Under the pieces are notes generated by a model. It searched no databases and had not been told where the DNA came from. It worked only from the letters and a program-made list of their open reading frames with translations. Positions 25,222 through 36,963 of a DNA stretch of 64,000 bases are shown here, piece after piece (within the stretch, counting starts at the first letter, position 1; every line of letters starts with the position of its first letter). Both the position numbers and the translations under genes were made by a program. Location: NCBI RefSeq assembly GCF_001194135.2, contig NC_068981.1, forward strand, positions 66,011,021-66,075,020. Reading direction: 5' to 3'. The stretch comes from Octopus bimaculoides. Its lineage: Eukaryota.

Positions 25222-25503
25222 TATATAAAGTTGTAGTATATTGTCAACTTAATGTGACAACCCCAATAAGGGAACACACTACTGCCGTTTAGCACTAGGA
25301 AGCTGGACCGCTTCCTGTCGGCCTTGACACAATTACTGTGTCCTTAAGTTTGCAAGGGGGAGACAAGCTCCTCCACCCAGCCTAGCCAGCATTCAGGGAC
25401 ATGTTTCTGAGTCTTTGCTCGTCATCAGCCTGAAGTAGCTTGCCAGCTGGATAGAGAAACCTGTTTCGCCTTCAGTGAATAAACTTCACTATGATTTATA
25501 TAA
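25222..25503 (-). mobile_element. Retrozyme-like non-coding element, ~275-nt monomer
   Basis: Bounded by a short direct repeat TATATAA(A)GTT at 25222 and 25497. Contains the 25392 hammerhead, and its downstream hairpins are colinear with those of the 12470-13066 element. Confidence 0.6.
25392..25434 (-). ncRNA. Minimal type-I hammerhead ribozyme motif (one stem II mismatch)
   Basis: Minus strand reads UUCAGG CUGAUGA CGAGCAAAGACUCA GAAA CAUGU C CCUGAA: 6-bp stem I, exact core, GAG/CUC stem II with a C.A mismatch at its base, palindromic ACAUGU stem III, GUC site. Confidence 0.75.
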
Positions 25504-25980
25504 GTTTGCGAACTTGGAACCATGTGTTTGGGAAACAAGCTTCTTAACCACACAGCCTTGCTCACACCTATGTAACATATATATTCAGAATGAGTTTGAT
25601 AAAAACTTTAATACAAGTTTTACTCATTTGTTACTTATTCATTCTCCATTCTGAAGTTGCTCATGTCCCACCAGAATATTGTCACACCTCCCTGGTGGAG
25701 CATATACTTCACCTTCAGGAAGATTGACTGAGTGTTGTGAAATATATGGACATATACAAATCTTGTGGTACCATGTATAGGAATGTAAACAATGTGGTAA
25801 ACAGGAAGAAGTAAACAACTAGCAGTAGGTATTTATAGGTAGACAACCAAAAGTAAACATAGACAACAAAATAGATTTAAACACCTGCAGATTAATATAA
25901 AGTTGTAAATACTGTAAAAGGTAACCATTAGTAGTGGAAGGTAAGTATTTAAAGGTGTACATAATGCTAAAAGTAATTAA

Positions 25981-26473
25981 CTCTTTAGCATTTAAACCAT
26001 CCATATCTGGCCAAAAATAATCTACCTGTTTTATGTTCAAACTAGTCAGGTTTGTTCTCTCACAGTTATCCTATGATGTCATTCTAAAAATAAATAATTA
26101 CACAATCGAAATTTCAAAGCTATGAAATCTTAGTCCTATTCTTAGTTTCTCCTGTTCCTAACAGAACATCGGGCGATGAGTTGCCTCCACTGAGTATGAT
26201 CTGCTGCAGCTGTTTTTGCATTAGTTCAGGTCAATTACAGTTCCCATAAGTTCTTGCAGAGAGTACTGTGCTAGTTTTAGGGCTATTTCCCTCTCCCCTG
26301 TTTGTTCCCAGCTGGTGTCCATGTCAATGTAGTGTGAGGCAGCCTGTGTTCTGATAGCTGTACTGTTTTCCAGCTACTGGAGCACAAGCTATGAAATGAT
26401 ACTTGATTAATTCAAAACAATGTGAATAATAAATAAGCATTACATTTGACAGAGTAACCTGAATGCTAAAGGG
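25981..26473. mobile_element. piggyBac-type MITE
   Basis: TTAA|CTCTTTAGCATT ... AATGCTAAAGGG|TTAA; hosts the LINE insertion above. Confidence 0.75.
26129..26385 (-). mobile_element. 5'-truncated RTE-type LINE with 12-bp TSD
   Basis: LTWTPAG...QWRQLIARCSVRNRRN* with a CTAAG-repeat tail; flanked by AAGCTATGAAAT at 26117-28 and 26386-97. Confidence 0.75.
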
Positions 26474-27569
26474 TTAAAGTAGTTTATGTAAAAACATTGA
26501 TGAATACCCAATGTTAAAGATTGTTTTTAATTTAGGCACAAAAGTAGTAATTTTAGGATGAGGTGATTAGTTAGTTAAATTGACCCTAGTACTTCACTGC
26601 TATTTTATATTATCAATCCCAGAGAGATGAAAGGTAAAGTTAACCTTGGTGGCTTTTGAACTCAGATGATAAAGAACTGGAACAAATATTGCAAAGCAAT
26701 TTTTCTGATTCTCTAACAATTCGGCCAACCCACCACCTTATCTAATATCAAATGTTGAAGTAAATAGTAATAAACATAATAATAAATATACAAACGAATG
26801 AACAATGGGGGTGGGGTAGGGGACATCTAGGGGTAAACATTGAGAAGTTTATATAACATTAAAGATAAACAGCAAATAGACAGGTAAACCATAAACAGGT
26901 AAACTAATAGAAATAGCAAATGCATGAACAAACAAAGATACTCATTGAAAGATAAATTCTGAAAGAGTTTAAACAGAGCTGAAGGAAGGAAAATGATCGT
27001 CCTAATGCTAGTGGCAAAAAATAAATAAAAAAACTAATAAGTAGAATTCCCCTCCCCTCCAAGAAAAAAAACAAAACAAGAAATAAAAAATTCATAATAA
27101 ATTCTTTTGTTTCATTTGCTTCAGCTTATCTTCTGCAAAGTAAACGTGTGATTTATGTAGTATTGTTGTTATAGGGCTGATTATGCTAGTAAAATTCGAT
27201 CAATAAATGAATAAAACAAAAAACTACAATGAATGAAGCAGTCTTCCACAGAAGCCATGTAAATGGAGCAAGTAACTGAATGTAACTGACAAACACGAAT
27301 GTATGAATATATTAGCTAAATGTTGTTTTCATTTGACTAGACATTAAATCAACTTATTTTTGCAGTGGAAAAGTGTATAAGCATGTGATTGAATAAATCC
27401 TAACATATTGAATGCCAGTGTGCTGCTGGCAGTAAATTGATGGTAAATCAATCATTTGGAAGAAGTAAAGGCAAAATTGTATGCCTGCAAGATTTGTTTA
27501 AATGAGATATATTTAATGAGGTACTAATCTTAATAATAATAATAATAATAACACTAATACTACTAATAA

Positions 27570-27880
27570 TAATAATAAATGAGAAAGAAACCAAACTATG
27601 CTGGATCATAGATATAGCATGCCCAGCTGACAAGGTATGCGATAAGGAAGAAAGAAAAGTTGATAGGTATGACAGGTTAGCTTGGGAGGTAAAGCAGTTG
27701 TGGTCGATGAAAAGGTGGTAGTGGTACCAATAATTGTTGGAGCCCTAGGAATAGTGAGTAAAAATCTCGAGAAGTACATGGAACAAATAGGCAATAAGGG
27801 TGGAGCACTTGCAGAAAACAGCACTGCTTGGAACCGCTCGAATACTCCGGAAAGTACTCGAAAAATAAGAGGTATAAGAT
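27570..27880 (+). mobile_element. R4/Dong-like LINE endonuclease C-terminal fragment
   Basis: KEKVDRYDRLAWEVKQLW...VVVVPIIVGALG.VSKNLEKY; frameshifted and fused to the RTE fragment that follows. Confidence 0.65.
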
Positions 27881-28727
27881 GAGGAGAGCTGTGTGAAGCA
27901 GTGTCACTCCCAAACATTGGAAGGAACCTGTGGTACAGGGAGACCCAGGAATACATGGGATGAGGTGGTGAAGCATGACCTTCGAACGTTGGGCCTCACA
28001 GAGGCAATGACGAATGACCGAGACCTCTGGAGATATGTTGCGACTGAGAAGACCTGGCAAGTAAAGTGAGATCATAGCCATAGCCTACACCAGTGTCACA
28101 TAACCAGTTCACTTAAAAAAGTACATTTGGATTGTCAGGCAACATGCTGTGCTTGAGGAGACCTATTGAGTCAAGCACATCAAAATCAAAATCAAAATCA
28201 AATCAAATCACAATCAAATGGAAATTGTAGTTGTGGCTGATGCCAGTGCCGCCTGACTGGCTCCCATGCTGGTGGCATGCAATAAGCACCATTCATGAGT
28301 TGGTTGTTGCCAGTGCTGCCTGACTGGCTCCTTGTGTTGGTGGCACATAAAAAGCACCATCTGAACATGGTCGATGTCAGCCCCCTCACCCCGACTGGCT
28401 CCTGTGCCAGTGACATGTAAAAACCACCAACTGAACGTGGCTGATGCCAGTGCCTTCTGACTGGCTCCCATGCTGGTGGCACGTAAAAAGTACCATCTGA
28501 ATATGGTCGATGCCCAACCCCCTCACTCTGTCTGGCTCCTGTGCCGGTGGCATGTAGAAAGCACCCACTACACTTTCGGAGTGGTTGGCATTAGGAAGGG
28601 CATCCAGCTGTAGAAACACTGCCAGATCAGATTGGAGCCTGGTGTAGCCTCCTGGCTTGCCAGACCCCAGTCAAACCATCCTACCCATGCCAGCATGGAA
28701 AACGGACGTTAAACGATGATGATAATA
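27880..28727 (+). mobile_element. 5'-truncated RTE LINE 3' end with five ~67-nt UTR repeats
   Basis: WDEVVKHDLRTLGLTEAMTNDRDLWRY..EKTWQVK*; UTR repeat units start at 28241, 28308, 28375, 28445 and 28511; GATGAT tail. Confidence 0.85.
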
Positions 28728-29062
28728 GGTTTGTGGCTTCAATAACAGAACTGAAGGTATGCCTAAAATGTCAGTACTATTATAGACTTAAACCCTGAGT
28801 AACACTTGTCAGCTAACAAAACGCTTGCTACTGTAGAAGTGTTGTCAATAGTCAATAGTGAATCTTTCCATGCTGTGACAAAAGTAAATGCATACTTACA
28901 CACACACACACACACACATTTGAGTGGTATGGGCTGTTAAAAATGTAATGGCTATATTTTGTTTTTGTATTTCAGCTGCATGATTCTTGATGTGAACTCA
29001 TGCGTTGAAACATATATTGCGTCTTGAAAGGGTCATTATATCAATAAAATACACATCTTCTA

Positions 29063-29279
29063 AGGTGGTGAGCTGGCAGAAATGTTAGTACCTGGGAAAA
29101 ATGCTTACTGGTATTTTGTCTGTCTTTATGTTCTGAGTTCAAATTCCACCAAGGTCGACTTTGCCTTTCATCCTTTCAGGGTCCATAAATTAAGTACCAT
29201 TTGAGTACTGGAGTCGATCTAATTGACTGGCCCCCTCCCCCAAAATTTCGGGCTTTGTACCAAGAGTAGAAAAGAATAT
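29063..29279 (+). mobile_element. SINE family B, full length
   Basis: GGTGAGCTGGCAGAA..GTTAG head, GAGTTCAAATTCC B-box, central GACTTTGCCTTTCATCCTTTC.GGG.CGATAAA block. Many other copies at ~1260-1385, 2170-2390, 2830-3485, 13745-13950, 21940-22170, 23370-23520, 26520-26750 and 52440-52770. Confidence 0.8.
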
Positions 29280-31002
29280 ACACATATTCTGATTCCATTT
29301 CACTTTTCTGTTTTATTATTATCAGCCAATTTTTTACTCTTTTTTACTCTTTTATTTGTTTCAGTCATTTGACTGTGGCCATGCTGGAGCACCACCTTTA
29401 GTCGAACAAATTGACCCCAGGACTTATTCTTTGTAAGCTTAGTACTTATTCTATCGGTCACTTTAGCTGAACCATTAGGTTACGGGGACATAAACACAAT
29501 AGCATCAGTTGTCAAGCGATGGTGGTGGTGGTGGGGGGACAAACACAGACACACACACATACACACACACACACGCACACACAATACACACACACACAGA
29601 CACGTGCACACACACACATATATATATATATTGATTGGTTAAACAATTAACCAATAATAATAAAAGAAGTGAAATAGAACCAGTTTGTGTGTTTATTATT
29701 GGCATAATGACCCTCCTGGGAAACAACAAAAGAAGAGGATATATCTGTAGAGAAACTGATAACAAACTGTGGATCCCTAACTGTTCCATACTTTGTCAAA
29801 TAATGTATTGACTTGACTATTTGTGACTCCTTTAAGTAAACCAAAATAGATTTTAGATGGAATTGAAACTATATTATATTTGGGACACTAGAGGATAATT
29901 GCTTATTCTCTGGTACTTGCCTGTATTGGTTTCTTTAAGGTTAGACACAAAGCTGTTTTGTGGAAGAGCAATTCAGATGTTATGAAGCAAATGTTCCTCC
30001 ACTATTTTTGACATTCATGCTTTTTTTTTTAGAATATATTCATGACTTCATCTGAGGATTGAAACCGTTTTATGGTATCAGCTTTCTGGAAGGTTGCCTT
30101 TTGCCTCTTCCGTTACATTATTCACCAACTACCCTAACATACTAACCAGCAACAATATTAATACAACTTAGCATTATTATTAGTGTATCTGTCACATCTA
30201 TATATGTATTTTGGCAAGCTTCATAGCACAAAATTCCAGCACACTGAATCTGCAACCTAGTTCCAGAGTTCCACTTCTCTGCTGCAGCTATTTTTTAAAA
30301 TATTGTCATTGATGTCATTGGAACAAGCATGAATGTCACATTTATAATTTCACCTTACACATTTAAGGGCAATGGCTCTATACAAAAAAGGACATAGAAC
30401 AGAGGGGACCCTTTAAATCCTGTCGCAGATAATCTCTTTAGTGCTGGTGGTGCAATAAAAAAAAAACCTGGTCCATACGACAAAGAGGTTAATAGTAGGA
30501 AGAGCATCCAGCTGTAAAAGTCATGCCAAAAATAAACACGACAACAACAATGATTAGCAGTTTCCTCTGTTGCTGTTTGTATGTGATTAAATGACAAAGA
30601 ACTATTACAAGTGGTAAGATGCTGAGAAACTTGACTAATCTAAACTAGCATGGGAAAATGAACACACAAATCCTACTGCGTTCAAATTCCAGTGAGTCCC
30701 TTTCAGGGTTGATTAAAAAAAGTGCCTATTTAGAGTAGTGGATTAGTGGAATTCTTAGAATATTGGACTGGGTGTTTGTGTATTGCAATGTTGGAAGGTC
30801 TTCATGCGATGGTGGGCTGGGTTTCATTTAATATTGTGTTATGTTGCTTAGTCATTCTTTATTTCTTGTAGTATGCCGAATGACTTATCTGCCCCATGTG
30901 TAATTGAAACAATCCTGACTAGATAATTAATACGATATTTGTTTTGTGTGTGTGTGTGTGTGTGTGCGTGTACATGTGTGTGCATATGTGTGTAACTATA
31001 TA

Positions 31003-31054
<52 letters not shown>

Positions 31055-31329
31055 TATGTGTGAGGGTGGGTGGTTCAATGATTCTGGGACTAGGTGGCAT
31101 GCAGTGTTCTTGGGGAAGGTACTTTGTTTTCTGTTGTTCAGATCTATTCAAATGAAGCAAGTACCAGCCAGGTGCTGGTGTAGCCCTCTCTCATTCTAGC
31201 TGTTACATCCTGAACATTCTACTGCCTTAAAAGCAGGAAACCTGGCAGTGTGTCTATGTCTGCTCACAATTATGTGTACGTATATATCCATGCATCTGTC
31301 TATCTGTCAGCCTGTCTATCTATATACAC

Positions 31330-32000
31330 CATCATCATCATCAACATTTAACATCTGTTTTTCATGTTGGCATGGGTTAGATGGCATGACAGGAACTGAC
31401 AAAGCCAGGGGGCTGCACCAGGTTCCATAGTCTGTTGAGACATGGTTTCTATGGCTGGATACTCTTCCTAGTGCCAACCACTTTACAAAGTGTACTGGGT
31501 GCTTTTATGTGATACCATCACCAGTGCTTTTTATGTGATACCAGCACCTACATCAATGCTTTCTCTTAGAAAGCATCTTGGTTTTAGGATCTATTCTGTT
31601 ATGATGAACGGGTCTTCTTGAGTACAGTAATGCACCACATATCTTGGTCCTCTGTCATCTCCTTTGTAAGGCTCAGCATTTTGATATCAGCCTTCCTGGG
31701 TCTCCCTCTTCCACAACTTCCTTCCACTTTAAGTGATTGGCACTTCTTGTTCTCATCCATTCGCATAACATGACCATACCAGTGCAGTCTCCTCTCTTGC
31801 ATACTGCATATAATTCCGCTTATGTCTAACTTCTCTCTCAATACACCAATATTTTGTGGCACTTGTACACTGACATTGCACATCCAGTAGAGCATACCAG
31901 CTTCATTCATCTCTGGCCTTTGTATGCCATCCACATTCAGATCTTACATCTTACTACCATGTAGCATCACCGTTTACGCACATGCATCATGCAGTACTTA
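31330..32000 (-). mobile_element. RTE LINE 3' fragment
   Basis: MLYWMCNVSV...LREKLDISGIICSMQERRLHWYGHVMRMDE...VEGSCGRGRPRK, followed by the shared RTE 3' tail and (GAT)n. Confidence 0.8.
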
Positions 32001-32388
32001 TCTTTATCATTATTATTAGTGCTAGTGAGAAGTGAAAACTATCAAATAAGTAAATTTATCTTATGTATAAATAACTCTAACAGACCTTTAAAAGAATGTT
32101 GTGCAGCAATATTGAAATATTAGAGAAAAATATATTTAGTAAGATATCATCTGATATCATGCATGCTTTTGCAATAAAATAATCAATCTATTAATTTGCA
32201 ACATATCAATCTGAATTTTAATCAGGTAAAGCAATCCTTTTTTATTTATACTTGTTTCATTTATTTAGCTGATTTAATATTTTAATATCCATTTCTTCAC
32301 TAGAATGAGTAAGATGGATGCAAAAATGTTGATATTTATATACATAGATTGTTGAAGTGTGTGTGTGCGTGTGCATGTGTGTGTGTGT

Positions 32389-32470
<82 letters not shown>

Positions 32471-32605
32471 AAATATGTAGAACAGAATTAGCAGAGTACC
32501 AGGCTGAGAGATTTGAAAATTTAGCCAGTTTATATTATTTCTTACATGTACTTCATGTATCTGTGCTAAGGACAAGAAAAGAGGGAAGCTTGTGTGTATA
32601 CTCAC

Positions 32606-32793
32606 CTAACGATATCACAACCAAGTAGCTTTTCCTCATTCTCTTGTTGGCTGAGCATCTTAGAGAACACAGCTTCATTACCAATACAGACGCCATTTTC
32701 ATTTGATCCACTCTCAGCTCCCCACATCCAAGATGGTTTTGTTATGATAATTGAATAAGTTCTTGCTGCCTGATCGACTTTGGTATAGGTACA
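32606..32793 (-). CDS. SCRN: Secernin, second coding exon (188 nt)
   Basis: Encodes CTYTKVDQAARTYSIIITKPSWMWGAESGSNENGVCIGNEAV...LLGCDIV(R), matching the secernin CTY...WGAE.G.NE.GVCIGNEAV...LLG.D motif. Acceptor TTGCAG (phase 0), donor AG|GTGAG (phase 2). Confidence 0.96.
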
Positions 32794-33084
32794 CTGCAAG
32801 GAAACACAGATGAAAATTCCAGTGATATTTTGTATTTTAACATTGAAAGTTACATTGCAAATGACTTTTGTAATTATTTTTGTTAGACATTTTCTGCAAA
32901 TTGTGTTTATGATATTTTAAATCTTCCAAAATTTTTTCTAGTCTCACAAGCAACAATCACAGATTCCCAATGTCTTTGTTGTCTGGATAATTAGAAGTAA
33001 CAGAAGTATTTGATATAGACACAAAATGATATTAACATATCATACACATATGTATGTAGGTGTATATACACACATACAGATATA

Positions 33085-33132
<48 letters not shown>

Positions 33133-33773
33133 GTAGTAGTAGTAGTAGTAGTAGCAGCAGCAGTAGTAGTAGGTAGTGGTGGTGGTTGTGGTTGTTGTTA
33201 CCATTGTGGTTGTCTCATATTCTGAGAAAGATGGTTCTGCAATCTTTTGCTGAACGACCTGCACAAATGAATATTTTATAGTGATTGAATATTTGTGCTG
33301 TATATTACCTTATTCCTTCCATGAAATCGATGTTGCCTGGACAGGTGCACAATGTGATCACACAGCAACATGAGATGAAGTGTTTTACTCAAGAACATAA
33401 TGCACCACCCGGTCAAGGAATTGAAACCACGATCTCTTGATCATGAGTGAAACACCCTAACCACTAGGTCATGCATCTTCATTATGGCTTATATTGTAAC
33501 ATAGTCTCTTGGGTCCAAGAAAGAGGGTTCTGCAATGGTTTATAGTGATCAAATGTTTGTTCTGCATATTAGCACACTCCCTGTACAGGTGTAAGGTGTG
33601 CCACATGTGAGATGTTGTAGCAATCGCAGAACAACATGTGATGAAGTGTTTTTACTCAAGAACACAACAAACTATCCAGTCCAGAAACTATATTCCCTAA
33701 ATCATGAGTGTAACACCCTAACCAGTTGGCCATATAACCTGCTATATATACACACATACACACATACATATAT

Positions 33774-34967
33774 ACTAGCTGGTATACCTGGTAATTCCCG
33801 GAGAGAAGGATGATCTGTTGAAACGCCTTATTACTCTGATATAAGAAAGCAATTTATAACTGCCAAGAACGCAATTTAACTGCCACAAAAGGTGTATTTT
33901 CCGTCACAGAAAGGTACAAAAAGCTGTCAGTTAGAGGAGGGAAAAATTGTTGGAGGTTGGCGAGTGAGGTTTTTGGAGGTTGGCGAGAAAGATTGCCGGA
34001 GGTTGGTGAGGGAGGTTGGCAGAGATTGGTGGAGGCTGGCGAGAGGCAAAGACATTATTCTGCTTAGCAAAGGCATCTGGGAAATGTATAACTGCTGTCA
34101 TTCACAGAAAAACTATTGTTTTACCGTGAGAAAAGCGCTGTTGTAGTGTTAAGTGAAATTTGGCAATCAAGGATTGAATCCACACTATGCCTGCATGAAG
34201 CCACTACAAATACATTGTGGAATAAAAAATATATCTACTGTCATGGAAAAAGTGTAACTGTAACAATGCAGAATTATCGGAGTAATGGGCATTCAAAACA
34301 GTATGTATGTATAGAAATGCATGCATGAAGTCTTTAATGTTTAAGATTCAAATTAAGGAAGTGCAATAATAATGTTTAGCAGTTCAAAACTGTGAGTAAT
34401 GAAATGCAAAATTATGTTGGCTGATCGTAAGAATCAAATATTGATCACTTCGCTAAAATCTGCAGGTGGGATGGATTATTTCCCATGGGTTGTTTAAATA
34501 AAATATTAGTAATATGTTGTAAATAGAGGGAAGGGCCCTATTATCGATTTTTTTCAACAATCTAAGTATGTCAGGATGTTTCCAGACATGAGTTCTACTC
34601 ATGTGTCAAATAAATTATAAAAATGATATTGTCTGCAAAAAATCAATATTCAAAAAATCCATATTCAAAGTAATCGAACATAAAAAATGAAATGGATTAT
34701 TTCCCTTGAGTGTTTAAAAAATATTGTACAGGTGCTATGGGTTATTTCCCTTGGGTATTTTTAAAAAAATTAGTTATATGAGGTAAATATAAAGGTCCCT
34801 TCCATGGGCCGTATTATCGATTTTTTTCAACAATCTAAGTATGTCATGAGGTTTCTGGGTACGAGTTCTACTCACGCATCAAGTTTCATCAAAATCAATA
34901 AAACGATGTAGGAGGAGTCAGCTAGCAACGCCACAAATGAACACATACCGATTTTCCACATATGTAG

Positions 34968-34971
<4 letters not shown>
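33774..34971 (+). mobile_element. Non-autonomous Helitron/Helentron-like element
   Basis: Starts ACTAGCTG...CCCGG and ends AAGTTTCATCAAAATC...GTAGGAGGAG...TATGTAGTATA, as recalled for Lep1/HINE-like elements; internal duplications present. Confidence 0.5.
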
Positions 34972-35005
<34 letters not shown>

Positions 35006-36059
35006 NNNNNNNNNNNNNNNNNNNNNNNNNNNNNNNNNNNNNNNNNNNNNNNNNNNNNNNNNNNNNNNNNNNNNNNNNNNNNNNNNNNNNNNNNNNNNNN
35101 NNNNNNNNNNNNNNNNNNNNNNNNNNNNNNNNNNNNNNNNNNNNNNNNNNNNNNNNNNNNNNNNNNNNNNNNNNNNNNNNNNNNNNNNNNNNNNNNNNNN
35201 NNNNNNNNNNNNNNNNNNNNNNNNNNNNNNNNNNNNNNNNNNNNNNNNNNNNNNNNNNNNNNNNNNNNNNNNNNNNNNNNNNNNNNNNNNNNNNNNNNNN
35301 NNNNNNNNNNNNNNNNNNNNNNNNNNNNNNNNNNNNNNNNNNNNNNNNNNNNNNNNNNNNNNNNNNNNNNNNNNNNNNNNNNNNNNNNNNNNNNNNNNNN
35401 NNNNNNNNNNNNNNNNNNNNNNNNNNNNNNNNNNNNNNNNNNNNNNNNNNNNNNNNNNNNNNNNNNNNNNNNNNNNNNNNNNNNNNNNNNNNNNNNNNNN
35501 NNNNNNNNNNNNNNNNNNNNNNNNNNNNNNNNNNNNNNNNNNNNNNNNNNNNNNNNNNNNNNNNNNNNNNNNNNNNNNNNNNNNNNNNNNNNNNNNNNNN
35601 NNNNNNNNNTTACACACTACTGAGGAGAGTGAAGGTCAAGTGGGCAGGACACCTTGTTTGAATGTCTGACACAATACTACCCAAAAGACCCATCTTCTCT
35701 CCATGTGATGTCCTTGGTTACAGTGACCAGATGAACATTATTATATATATATATATATATAGTAAGAGAGGCAGGATATGATATGTGGTAGATAACAGAT
35801 TTCTCAGAGTAAAAGGGGGAAACATCTCGTTGAGGAATGTTCAGAGTTTTATACTGCTACCAAATCTAATTCAAACTAATTGAAAATTCCTCTTCAAATG
35901 ATGTCAAATTTATTTATCCTGAAAAGATCACATCAATAATGCTTAAATTGCTGCATATAAATATGCAACAATATGCAATTCTTGCAATCGAAACCCGTGC
36001 TGGATTTTTATTCTAACTGGAAATAAACAATAAGTTTGAATGTTCAAATTCTTCATTCT

Positions 36060-36575
36060 CCCCATTTAATTATGTAATATTTAAATAAGGAAAAGCAATA
36101 GAAAACTCACAAGTAATTACTCACAATCATCTTTTATTTCCTGTCTTACAAGTGTTCAATGTGGCCACCACCAGCAGCACAGGCAACATCAATGGGATAA
36201 GAGAATTCCTCCCTGACACGTATCAGCATATTGTGATCCACTGAGTTGATCGCTGTTGTTATTCGATGTTTAAGGTCATTACGGTTAGTGGGTAGTGGTG
36301 GAACATAAACACAATCTTTTACATATCCCCACAAGAAAAAATCACAACAGCAATCAACTCAGTGGATCATGATATACCGATATGCATCTGGGAGGAATTC
36401 TCTTATTGCATTGATGTGGCCCATGCTGCAGGTGGTGGCCACACTGAACACTTGTAAGACAGAAAATAAAAGTTGATTGTGAGTAAATACTTGTGACTCA
36501 GCTGGAGTCTTCTATTGCTTTTCCTTATTAAAATATTGCGTAATGAAATCGGTCCATTCTTTTTGAATAACCCTC
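36060..36575. mobile_element. Tc1/mariner 3' end present as two head-to-head inverted copies
   Basis: Minus arm encodes CDFFLWGYVKDCVY...GGGHIEHL*; plus arm from ~36345 encodes TAINSVDH...GGGHTEHL* and ends in TIR-like TTCTTTTTGAATAACCCTCT. Confidence 0.8.
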
Positions 36576-36928
36576 TTTTACTCTTTTATTTGTTTCAGTC
36601 CTTTGACTGTGGCCATGCTGGAGCAGCACCTTTAGTTGAGCAAATCAATCCCAGGATTTATTCTTTGTAAGCCTAGTACTTATTCTATCAGTCTCTTTTG
36701 CTGAACCGCTAAGTTATGGGGACAAACACAGACACACACACACACACATATGTATATATATATATATATGATGGGCTTCTTCAGTTTCTGTCTCCAAAAT
36801 CCACTCACAAGGCTTTGGTCAGCCCAAAGCTACAGTGGAAGACTCTTGCCCAAGATGCCACGCAGTGGGACTGAACCTGAAACCATGTGGTTCGTAAGCA
36901 AGCTACTTACCACACAGCCACTCCTATG

Positions 36929-36963
<35 letters not shown>

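Noticed and set aside
23810-28570. CRISPR-like regularly spaced repeats (23810-24060, 28241-28570, also 20270-20470)
   Set aside because: The whole ~67-nt unit is repeated, with no unique spacers. The arrays lie in the 3' UTR of an RTE LINE, and there are no cas genes in this eukaryotic context.
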